Assembly: GCA_004431415.1 (NCBI GenBank)
Contig: QPMI01000496.1
Coordinates: 186,001 to 250,000, forward strand
DNA length: 64,000 bases
Source of the DNA: Cyanophora paradoxa CCMP329
Lineage: Eukaryota > Plantae > Glaucophyta
Direction of reading: 5' to 3'
Shown here: positions 14,326-24,508 of the stretch, one piece after another
How positions within the stretch are numbered: the first letter of the stretch is position 1
Layout: each line of letters opens with the position of its first letter
The notes under the pieces: model-generated
Seen by the model: the letters and a program-made list of their open reading frames with translations, nothing else
Told to the model about the DNA's origin: nothing
Database searches by the model: none
Translations under genes and position numbers: made by a program

Positions 14326-17300
14326 ATGGGAAATAAACAAGCCAGATGCTTTTCAAGCGCGGACTGGTGAGAAACTACGCACGTCGACTTCGATAGCGAA
14401 TTCGAAATCATGATTAGTCAGCGCTGGACTGCGGCAGCGCGCACGTGCACGTACGCGTGCGCCTGCTGACCCGCGATTGCGTGGCCCGCTCGCAGCTCCG
14501 GCGATCCAGTCTGGACCTCGGACAAAGCGTGAGTGGATCAGCCCACGTTTGCCGAGTTTCCGCCTTTGCAAGAGCAATTCAAAGATAGTATTCGTTATGC
14601 ACGTGATATCATCGAGCTCATGATCACCTGTACCGCATGCGCAGCACCGATACTGATCCGGCCAAGTTTTGCACTTATCCGGCCCACTCTTCCGGCGCCG
14701 CGCCGAAGAGCGATGCATGCGTCTCCATCAAACTAACGTGCGGCCTTTAATTTAGCCGTACATATCATACGTACTTGCGGAATTCTTCTTCTATTCTTGC
14801 TCGTTGCTAATAACACTTGCCATCGCTGGCTTCGGTCATGATTACAGATGCTTTGAGAAGCCTGGGTGCACTGGTACCGCCACCGTTCGATCCAATTTCT
14901 CGAATTAGTGCGTTTCTTGCCAATGGCGGGGCGTGTAGGCCGGCGTGCGTGTGCCCTAGGCCTAGGTCTGCGAATGCGCGTGCAGCTGTAGCTAATTAAA
15001 AGTAATTATCACCGTACCCCCGTTCTACATATTCAACTCAGTTTCGACCTCGCTCAATTTGATGAACTGATCCTGCAAATGCTTTCTGCGGCCGCGGTCA
15101 GCCGGTCCGCGGGGGAGACGGACAAGCAGCTCTTCGACGGAGAGCGGTGTCCGAAGGGTTTCTCGTCCTACAGAGACGCGGGCTCCTCCGAATGTGGAAC
15201 AACCGTCGGCGTCAAGGTTTGTATCGGATCGGAGGGCATGCATATGCGTGAAAACAAATTGAATGCGCTATAGCTAGATCTAGATCTTGCAAACGTTCAA
15301 CGTGCTCGATCTCAGCGCATTAATATTGGGTTTCAACGTCTCCGCGGCCTTTTAATTTCGATTCGCATCGCTGGCCATGGTCATGAGATTTATTCTGTCG
15401 CGCTTGCAGTGCTTCGCGAACAACACTTGCTCTGGCACTGACTTCCAGTGGAAGTTTAGCGCGTGCGTACGCGTGCTGTTGCAATTTCTTCGAGAAGCTC
15501 GGCCGCTATATCATAGTATAATATATAATGATCATGACGCTAATTGATTATAAGCCGCGAGAAGCTGCATGTTAAAAAATTAAAAATTGTCGCACACGCG
15601 TACGCAGCGACGAATGCAGCGGAAATTTCCGCTGGGCGGTCGAAATGGCGGACGCCAGCGCGACCTGCAAGCCTCTCATCACCTGCTTCAAGGACGAGAA
15701 ATGGTGAGCTGCAGCTGGGCCCTCCTATTTCGCCGGACAGTAGAATATATACTAGCGACCGCGCGCGCGCAGCACGGGCGATGTCTCTGCCACGGTCAAG
15801 CCGACTGGCTCGAGCTCTGACATCGTTCCGTCAACCTGTCCCTCCGGTAGCAACAGTGCACGGCTGGCGGGGTCAAACTGCGTGCAGTTCCCTGACAAAT
15901 TTATTAAACTGTACACGACACGTGAGTCGAAATCTCAGATCTTATGGATTACGTACATTTAATTGTTTGGGTCTTGCTGATGCCGTCCACGATCGCATGT
16001 GCACGTGATGCGCAGCTGACTGCGACGAGACTAAGTTCCTTTACGGAACAGGCATTAATTATGATTTGTTGCGCACTCCCGGGGCCATGGCCACGTTCTG
16101 GGCCCGCGGTCCTTCGAAAGTCGCGCCCTTGAGCTCACACGCGAATTGGTTTTTGGGACGGTCACGCAGGCAGACTGAGTCGAAAACAATGGAGAAAGGT
16201 GGTGTGTACTTCAAACAAGATGGAATTTGTCTGAACGGTCCAACTCTTTGCTACACTTCAAACGAGTAAGTTGCAAAATTTGTTTCCTGCCTGCAGCGCT
16301 CGCTGCAACTGAGCCTTGCATGGCGGTCGCGATCGCCTTTGCTCCGCCTTCTTTTACCTTATCGCGATCGCGATCATAGCGATGACGTCTACTGTTTCTT
16401 GCGCGCAGCTGCTCGGGCGATCACTCTGCGTTGGGAAAATATGCATGGGGGGAGATCCACGCAGAAACTGAAACGTGAGCGACCCCGGTCGGCCGCGGGC
16501 CCTCCGGAATCCGCGCCCACGTGCAATATCTATATTTATTACACCAAATTCCATTTCTGATAAACGTTCGCGGTTAGGTTGAAGACCTCTGAAAGCTACT
16601 TAAGCTTAAGATACGATTCGAACGACTACGGGGTGCGTATGCATAGAAATCGATCTGGACCTATTTCGCTAGATCCGCCTTAACCTTGCGTACGCGTTGG
16701 CACTAATTATAATGTTTCTCGGGTTCCACAATAGTTCTGCCCCCAATCTGCGCAATCGTACAAAGTGGCCAACGGGGGAGCCTGCAAGCAGTTTGCCTCG
16801 TGTGCGTAACTTCTTTCAAGTTTGGCTAATTATGATATATCGATTATAAACTTATCTGCTCTTCGATTCGATGGCGCGCGCGCGCGATCGCGACTCGGTG
16901 AGGTGAACTCAGCGTACGCGTGGTCTTGCCGCAGGTTACAAGGACGCCAATTGCACTGAATACGCCATCCACGCTTCGGGAGAATCCCCGTGCGCTCGAT
17001 GGCGACGTTGCTGATCATGATCAGGACAGAGCATCTGCATTCGGATGAAATCCCGTTCGCCACAGGTTTTCTTGCTTCCCCGCTTTCAAGGACGCGACCG
17101 GAAATTGGCAGCGCGTCCTGTCTGGCAAGGTCCGATCGCGAGCCCCGCCATTTAATTATCAATCATTATAATCTGACCCGGCCCCCCGGTCAGTCGGCGG
17201 ACGGCACGTGCCAAAAGTTGACGCCGTGCGCCACTGGAGGGGACTTCGCGCTCGGCGAAGACGGCAAAGTGACTCGGGAGACTCTCGAGCGCGCCTCTAA

Positions 17301-17927
17301 TTATTACGAGGTGCTCAGCCTCATTCGGATCTTATACTATAAATCACAGCGGCAGCGCCTCGGGCTCACGATCACGCGGATGGCTGCGGCTGCAGGAGAA
17401 CGGTTTTTGCGGTGATGAATGGATGCAACGTGATATTTTCGGATTTTCAGTGCTCAAGCATGACGGCACCATATGCAAATGCAACAGCCTTCCCGAGTGG
17501 TATGAAAGCATGGGAGACGCGGCTCTCGACGTGTCGGATGCCGAGATGGAGGCTGTGTACAGCCAGATCAACAAGATCAAGGTACCGGTGCCCCAGGCCT
17601 AGAGCTAGGCCTCCGTGCCGGCCATGGCCACCGCCATCGTCGGCGGGCTTTCGGATCATGAAAATGATCAGTGCTGATCATGAGCGGTGGGATCTAATTT
17701 CCGGATCCGCGACAACGCAGCCTGGGCAGCCCGGGTGCGAATCTCTGTATCGGCTGGACTCGGAGCCGGCCGCCGTGGACCCGTCGATGCTGGATCCGGA
17801 GCAGGTGCGCATGCACGGCCACGGGACCCGGCGCCGGCAGCCGCAAATTTAAATTTCAAGGGGCCCTTTACTATGTGTTGCTACTGGCGTCTGCCAGCTT
17901 CAACAGGGCTTCTTGCACCAAACCTAG
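14326..17927 (+). CDS. Uncharacterised Cys-rich repeat protein (C[FY]x4C[ST]G modules), about 17 exons
   Basis: Hand-splicing at canonical GT..AG junctions keeps one frame: MGNKQARCFSSADCSG...CFEKPGCTG...CFANNTCSG...CFKDEKCTG...CYTSNDCSG...CYKDANCTE...YRLDSEPAAVDPSMLDPEQ|LQQGFLHQT*. In-frame TGA upstream (14278) supports the ATG. The last exon is uncertain. Confidence 0.7.
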
Positions 17928-18834
17928 CTATAGCTATAGACCCGGCCGCAGTGTGACCTGCGCTGCCAATTGCAATATTAATTCATTCGCGGGAGCATAG
18001 ATCGAATTTATAAATCCTTGTTATTGTAAAAAACAAATTAAATAACGGCAGTCACATGTACACTGAGTACTCGTGCTGTCCGACGGTCATTTACTTCGTC
18101 GTGGCATTTGTAGATCCTTCGCATCCGATCCGCGCTGCAGCTGGCTATACAACGTGTTATAATCATTGCATCCGAATTGGCGAGCTCGGCAGCGCCATGT
18201 CTCAGACGGCCTTGCTTAAGCTTTGCCCCGCGTGGCGCAGACGGGGGCGTCGACGGAGCTCGAGGTCGAGGTCGAGTGGGAGCTCGAGGGGGACGAGTTC
18301 GAATTGGAAGCGGAGGCCGCGGTGCGTCGCGCTCGCCTTCAAGCTTCTCCGGGGCCCGGCCCGCTGCCACCGGGCCAATCGAGCTGGCCGCCGGGCGCTC
18401 AGCGGCTGTAGCCGCTCGCGATCGCGATCGGCGGCTGATCACGAGCATTCGTGCGCAGATGCTGGCCTCGAGCTCCGATGATTCTGCAGCTGTGTGTCCG
18501 ATATGAGACTCCCGATCGCGAACGCGCTAGCTAGCTATATAAACTTGAAAGCTAGATGCCTGCAGCTGGCCGGCGTGCACGTACGCGTGGCGTGGGTATA
18601 TATTCGATCGCGAATTCACGCGTACGAATCTGAGGCCGCCGCGCGCGCCGGCCATGCATATGGCCATGCCACGAGGGCGCGACTCGGCGATCATGATCAC
18701 CTCGTTTGATTTAATATTTTGATTTCCAGAAATGACACCAATCGCAATCACACACAACTAGTACTACTCGCGATCGAAATACGTAATATTAATAGAAGCA
18801 CTCCCGGCCCACCACCCCTCTAGATCCTCGATCC

Positions 18835-19539
18835 CGGCTGGGCTCTGCGGCTGGTCGGCTGGCCAGCTGGCCTAGCCGAATCTTCGGCTCCTAGCCAGTG
18901 ATGGCATTTTTTCTAGAAACTTTTCTATAAACAATTTCGAAATCAATTTCGAAATTGTTTCCGAAAAGGTCCCGAGAGACCCCCCTAATTAGGAATTGTT
19001 TCTATTTAAGGGGGGTACCCTCTTTTTGCCACATTCTGCGCGAAACATGGCGAAACAACGCATTAGAATGATAGACAACGCGATAGAAAGCTTATATAAC
19101 ACGACAGGAGTCTACCTTAGATGTCTAGATCCGGAACCCAGCCGCCAACAGGGCTGACAGGGGGTACGAGTAGTGACTTTCCCTTTTGGAATGTCGCATG
19201 TTCTGTTGATCTTTAAGACACAAACTGGACAGTTTTCATTAAGGAAACCATCAGAAGGTTAAAGGGAGCATCAGGCATTAGCAGAAGGGCCCTCGGGAGG
19301 GGCCCCTGATTTCGGAAATATTTCGGAAATATTTCCGAAATATTTCCGAAATGTTTCCGAAATGGTCGTTTTTTGGAGAAATTCGGAATACCATCACTGC
19401 TCCTAGCTGGAGGCTGGTTGCCAGCTGGCCGGCCAACTTTTCGCTGGAAGCTGGCGGCCAGCCCCGGGCCGCTGGCAAGGCTTCGTCGGCTTGGGCTGGG
19501 CCGCTGGCCAGAGGGAGATCTAGACCTGGCTGGCCAGTG
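18835..19539. repeat. Fragment of a GC-rich dispersed repeat (same family as 30996-31473), interrupted by a hAT MITE
   Basis: 19402-19539 aligns by eye with 31332-31473 (CTAGCTGGAGGCTGG...GGCTTCG.CGGCTTGGGCTGG...CGCTGGCCAGAG...TGGCTGGCC(C)AGTG). The left boundary is approximate. Confidence 0.6.
18896..19399. mobile_element. Non-autonomous hAT-superfamily DNA transposon (MITE), 504 bp
   Basis: TIRs CAGTGATGG(C/T)ATT at both ends. Exact 8-bp TSD CTCCTAGC at 18888-18895 and 19400-19407. Subterminal TTTC(C/G)GAAATA repeats. No coding capacity. Confidence 0.9.
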
Positions 19540-19593
19540 CCCTAGCAGTGGACCACGCTCCGGCGCCGCGGATCGACCGGCGGTGATCATGAA

Positions 19594-19655
19594 GTCGACG
19601 CCGACTCGCGATCGACGGTACCCGGTCGACGCCGACTCGCGATCGACGGTACCGG
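19594..19655. repeat. 31-bp tandem duplication
   Basis: GTCGACGCCGACTCGCGATCGACGGTACC occurs twice with period 31. Confidence 0.85.
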
Positions 19656-19980
19656 ACGTGGGGTACAACGTTAACTGTGCAAAGGCTGAAGCTCCAAGGA
19701 GGTTCCAGGCCCGTGAAAAAAAACATGAGGCTGCCGCAGTGCCGCAGTGCGCACTGCCGCAGTGCGCAGCCTGCTCTCAGAGTCTGCCCACAGCTCGCGA
19801 AAAAAAGTCGGTCCTCGCAATTCGACTTGGCTGGGACTCGACTTGGGACTCGAATAATTCTCCCCTACCAAAAGTTAAAACACCGGGGGTAGGCACACGC
19901 GACTCGGCGAAGCGCGGCGACCAGCACGCGCGGCAGCTCCCGCGCGCAGCAGAGAGCGCTGCTGCTAGCTCTCAGGCACC

Positions 19981-22012
19981 ATGGAGGAGCGGAAGAAGCC
20001 TTTAGGCACTTCCCTCGTCAAAGCCAGGAAACTTGCCAATCTCTCCAACCTTTCCAAGAACAGTGCGCGAAATCTAGCCCGAGGATTCTTGAAGTGCTTC
20101 CGAGAAAGTCTCGACAATCAAGTGAAGTATCTCTAGACGCGCTGTGGCCGCCCCCGCCGTCAGCTGCGCCAAATGGCCGTCGCGTTTGTGCAGGGCCCCC
20201 CAGCGGAGAGGCGGCGAACGCGAGTGCGCGGGGCCCGGGCGCGAGGCCCAAGCGCCCCGCGGAGCGTCCAGAAGGTGCGGGGAGTCGCGTACGCGCGGCT
20301 AGCTCGCCCCCGCCGCGTCTCCAGCGCCGCTCACTTCGACGACCCGCGGCCGCGCGCAGCCGCAGCCTCGGCTTCTCCGAGGAACAAAGAGAACTGTAAT
20401 CGCATCGAGAACACCGCCAGTGCGTTCGTTCCGCGGCCCCGCGCAGCCCCGCGCCGCGCGCACCGAAGTGCGGGCCGGTGCAGGTCCGGCGGCGACACCG
20501 CCCCGGTCTGCCGGGACCCCAAGGCGAGCCCGCGAGCTCCTCTGAGTACGTCCTTTCGGTTTCTGCAGTCCCGAGTCCGCGAGCGCTAGCCGAAGCCACG
20601 CGCGCCCGCCGCAGGGACACTTGAGGAGTTGAGTACCGCGGCCGCGAACAAGAGCGAGACCATGTCTGCGGGCGCCAGGCGCGATTCTGCGGGCGATAGC
20701 ACACCTCCGCAGGGCTCGGCTTCGTCCCCGGTCCTTCTGCGGACGGGCCAGCGCTCGCGTATCAATACCCCTACGTACTTCTATTCCCAGCCCAGCCAGC
20801 GTGCTCGCCGCGTGGCTAGCGCTTAGCTATCGCCTCATCGCAGCCGTTCCTCCGCGGCACCAGTACAGCAGCACAGCAGTCCTGGCACCGGAGAGCCGCC
20901 GGCGCAGAGGCGCAAACTCGGCGACCAGATCCTGCGCGATGTCGAAAAGTACGAACTGTGGAACGCGTTTCATAACTCCAACATTCTTCGTGCGTGTCTC
21001 TGCCTCTGCTTGCGTCACGGTTGCCGGCACTGACGGTCGGACCAGCCCTGGTGCAAGAGTGCAACCGGCTGCGGCAAGGTGCGCCCTCGGCCGCGTTGCG
21101 TTCTTCCTGCTGTGCTTCCCCTGAACTGGCGTTCAGAGTGCCAAGAGAAAGACAGGGCTATCGCGGAGCAAGAGCTCGAGCTGGAGAGCGTGCGTGGCCG
21201 CGCCTTCCAGTACAAGCACCTGTACGAGCGGGAGAAGGATAAGCGCACGGAAGAGCTTCCCAGCAGCGATCAGCAGCAGCTACAGCAGCTACAGGCGGAA
21301 GACGCCCGCGCCGTTCGGTTTTGGCAGAGCTTGCCTGAGGACGTGCGCGGCCTACACGTGCCGCGCAAGGAGCTGCTGGAGGCCGCGGCGTCAACGATCA
21401 GGCACCGGGTCGGCGCGCTGTACTCGCTCATCCTGTACCTCTCCGGCGAGCAAGGAACCGACGAGGGCGGGCGATGGGGCGAGAACGCGTACCGTGCGCT
21501 TCACGTGCGCTTTCTTTCACTTGTTTAGTGCTGACGTGTGCGCAGAGCTTGTCGGGCGCTTGCTCGAATGTCTCGCTCGTGAGCACCGGGTGACCGGAGC
21601 GGCGCTCTATCCTGCGGGCGGCGCTCCGAATCCCGTACTCGCGGGCGGCGGAGGCGAGCAGAATCATGCAGCTGGTACGCACGTCGTTCACGCGCTGCTC
21701 GGCCGCCCCTGCGCCAACTCTGACCGAGCGCTAGCGGCAGCCGCGGGGGCGCCGGCCGCGGCGCCGGCAGGGCTCGCTGCGGAGCTCGCCGCGGCGAAGG
21801 AGCGCCACGCTGCGGAGCTCGCCGCGGCTGAGGAGCGCCACGCTGCGGGGCTCGCCGCGGCGCAGGAGCGCATTGCAGCCCTGGACGAGGAGCTTGCCAA
21901 AACGCGCCGCCATCTGGATATTGTGCACAAGAATCGCTTCAGTCTTATAGAGGAGCTCGCCGAATTGCGCGGAGAGGACTGGGGGTTAGATAGGACTGAC
22001 GAAGAGGACTAG
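19981..22012 (+). CDS. Transposon-borne hypothetical coiled-coil protein (cargo gene A), spliced
   Basis: Starts MEERKKPLGTSLVKARK. Later exons splice in frame: RRKLGDQILRDVEKYELWNAFH, LVQECNRLRQ, ECQEKDRAIAEQELELE, ELVGRLLECLARE, (AAELAAAxERH) repeats, LIEELAELRGEDWGLDRTDEED*. The 5' low-complexity exons are ambiguous. Confidence 0.6.
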
Positions 22013-22122
22013 CTATAGAGTGTAACAGAACCGATGTACATGTCATGTCCTTGACATTATATATGTACAGCCGATGTGGCCGCGCCCGACTAGCTATAGA
22101 GTGTAACCTTGACCGATGCACC

Positions 22123-23503
22123 CAGCCGATGTGGCCGCGCCCGACGAAGAGGTCAATCGTGCCGGGCGGGGCGCCCGTGCGAGCCGGCGAGCGCTCGTCG
22201 CCGGTGAGGAAGAGCTCGTCGCTGTGGCTCAGAAGCGCCTGCGGCTCGCAGGCCGGGTCCGGAATGAAGAGCTTCGTGAACTCGGCATAGTGCCACTGGG
22301 CCGGGATCGCGGCAGGCGACTGCAGCGTCGCCTTCTCCAGAATGTACGCCTGCGACCCGAAGGAAACTGCGCACGCGCAAGCGCGAAGAGTTAAGAAGAG
22401 CTAAGAAGAAGAGCCAGGAACGAAGAAGAACAGCCCCACCGTCAAGCAGGCTGACGGAGATGGCGCCCCCGATCGGGAAGAAGTTTTTTTTTTATCAATG
22501 AATTCGCACACACCGAGACAATACGGCTAATGATAGAACTGAGGTGTCCGTAAAGTGTCAAGTCGAAAGATGAGCCTACTGGTTACGCCGGGTAGGGAAC
22601 CTATCAGCCATCGGACAGGGTGGAGCTAGTCCGATCGGGAAGAAGAGGCGGCCCGCCTCCATGCTAGCATCGTAGGCCTCCGAAATGAGCCCAAGAGGCA
22701 CGATCATCGTGTTCTGCTGCGGAATGGCCGTCTGCACGGAGCCTGCGGGGTGCGCGTCGGCTCTCCGAGGCTCTGGGGTTCGAGCAGCGGCACTGCTCAC
22801 CCGATATTTGGATGAAATCCTTCATCGTCTCCATGACGATGCGGGTGCGGCCGCCCCCTGTCTCCGGCTCAATGCCGATGGCGCGAGCCGTGTCCTCGAG
22901 CCAGCTCTCCACAACCTGCACGAGCGTGGCCTCAGCGGGATGGAATTCCGCAAGAAGGATGCCAAAAAGACAACGCGCCAGCTGATCGAAGGAGCCGACG
23001 AGGGTCCAGCTGCACGTCTTGAAGTCCTCCTGCGGGCGACCGCCCGTGCCGCCTGGCCGAGGAAGACCGCCGCGTGGTAGGATTCCGAGCAGAACGAAGT
23101 GAACATCCGCTGCACAAACGGGAGGTGACTACGGCCCTGCCGTAGGGGTTGATACGCTTCGGGAGGATCTTGTTGCGGAACACCGAGCGCGCGACCTCCG
23201 CTTCGGGATGCCCTTCTGCGCGTCCGAAATGTGAGGAAGTGGCGAGAAGTGAAGGCAGAGGGCGGCGAGAGCGCAGCCACGTCGCGAACCTGCAAGGCGC
23301 GGGTCTGGATTCTGCAGGCTGCGCAGGGCGCCTCGACTGAGGCGCATACTCCGCGGCGGCGTGTAGTAAGGCGACTGCTGCACGGCGTTGGCTGCATTCT
23401 GCGCTGCGCCTGCCGCCAGCGCCGCGAAAACGGGATGCAGAGGCGGGACGTAGTCCGAGAGGAACGCCGCTGGAAAGCTCGTGCGCACGTCGTCGAGGGC
23501 CAT
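22123..23503 (-). pseudogene. Transposon-borne hypothetical gene B, interrupted by a retroposon; 3' end rearranged
   Basis: Starts MALDDVRTSFPAAFLSDY. Exons include VARSVFRNKILPKRINPY, EDFKTCSWTLVGSFDQL, VVESWLEDTARAIG and GSVQTAIPQQNT. Removing 22484-22645 restores the frame RLFFPIGGAISVSLLD|VSFGSQAYILEK...QWHYAEFTKLFIPDP. Confidence 0.6.
22484..22630 (-). mobile_element. 147-bp poly(A)-tailed retroposon (5'-truncated non-LTR element or SINE)
   Basis: Exact 15-bp direct repeat CCGATCGGGAAGAAG at 22469-22483 and 22631-22645. T10 at 22484-22493 is a poly(A) tail on the minus strand. Confidence 0.88.
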
Positions 23504-24508
23504 TGCGAGCGACGCTGAGCGTTGGGTCGCTGATCTGGGTCGCTGATAGCGCTGTGCAGGAGGCGCGCTGTGTGCTGACGTCTATACCCGGCGACCGAAA
23601 TTCTCCCTTCCGCCGGCGTTAAAACCATATATGCATGCACTGATAGAAAGAAATAAGCTCTATGAGAATGTTTATTAAAAAAGGTCTAATTGACGAGCGT
23701 AGGCATTTTCCAAGTCGACTTGTTCCCCCCCCCTGTCAGCCAAGTCGAATTGCGGGGACCGACTTTTTTTCGCGAGCTGTGTGCCGGGCGCCATGCTGCG
23801 ACAGCCTGCGAGCCTGCGAGCCGGCGGCGCGGCGCCTGCGCATGCGGCATGCGTCGCCTGCAGGCTGCAGCCTGCAGCTGCGAGCCTGCGACAGCCTGCA
23901 GCTGCGAGCCTGCGACTCTGCGAGCCTGCCGCTGCGACACGCGTACTAGTACGTATACGCCGGCGGCGGCGGCAGCAGTAGCAGCAGCAGCAGCAGCGCT
24001 CAGCGGCTAGCGATCATCCGATCGATCAGCTGCAGATCGATTTCAGCTAGCTAGCGGGCACGCGAGGTGCGCACGGTGCTTTAAGCTCGTTTAGTAGAAG
24101 GACGCGCGTATGTTGATCATGCATATATATATGAGGCCCCTGCAAGCTTCTGGCCCAGTGGATTCAAGGTCAATGCGGCCTCCGGGCATCTTAGATCGAC
24201 CACGCAGCTGCAGGCCATGCGCCAGGACTAGCTCTCCGAGGCCCCGGCCTATTCGTAGCCTTGTAGGCCTAACCGTTCCGTGTGCACGATATCGAATGTA
24301 CTAGATTTGCGGCTGCGCATGCGCATACCCTAATTTTATAACGTGAACGGGCCCCTTACCGGCGCCCAAACTTCCTTGCATTCGAAGGCGCCAACCCGGC
24401 GGCCGCGGCCGCGGCCGGCGCCGCGGCCGACCTGCTGAGCTGTGGGCGTGGTGCTCGCAATATTCATCGCGCACGTGCGCAGGTCTTTCAAGTCGAGAAA
24501 AATTCCGA

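Larger units (their letters stand above)
19789..23781. mobile_element. TIR DNA transposon (CAC...GTG termini, 4-bp TSD; CMC/Chapaev-like), non-autonomous, carrying two genes
   Basis: TIRs 19789-19833 and 23737-23781 match at 44/45 positions (CACAGCTCGCGAAAAAAAGTCGGTCCYCGCAATTCGACTTGGCTG). TSD TGCC at 19785-19788 and 23782-23785. An extra subterminal TCGACTTGG lies inside each end. Confidence 0.9.

Noticed and set aside
19310-19365. Telomere-like or iteron repeats TTTCGGAAATA
   Set aside because: They are explained as subterminal repeats inside the hAT MITE.
19789-23781. Calling the element a RAG/ProtoRAG or Transib transposon
   Set aside because: The TSD is 4 bp, not 5 bp; there is no 12/23-spaced nonamer; and no RAG1 catalytic or RAG2 kelch/PHD motifs are visible. 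Only the layout is similar.
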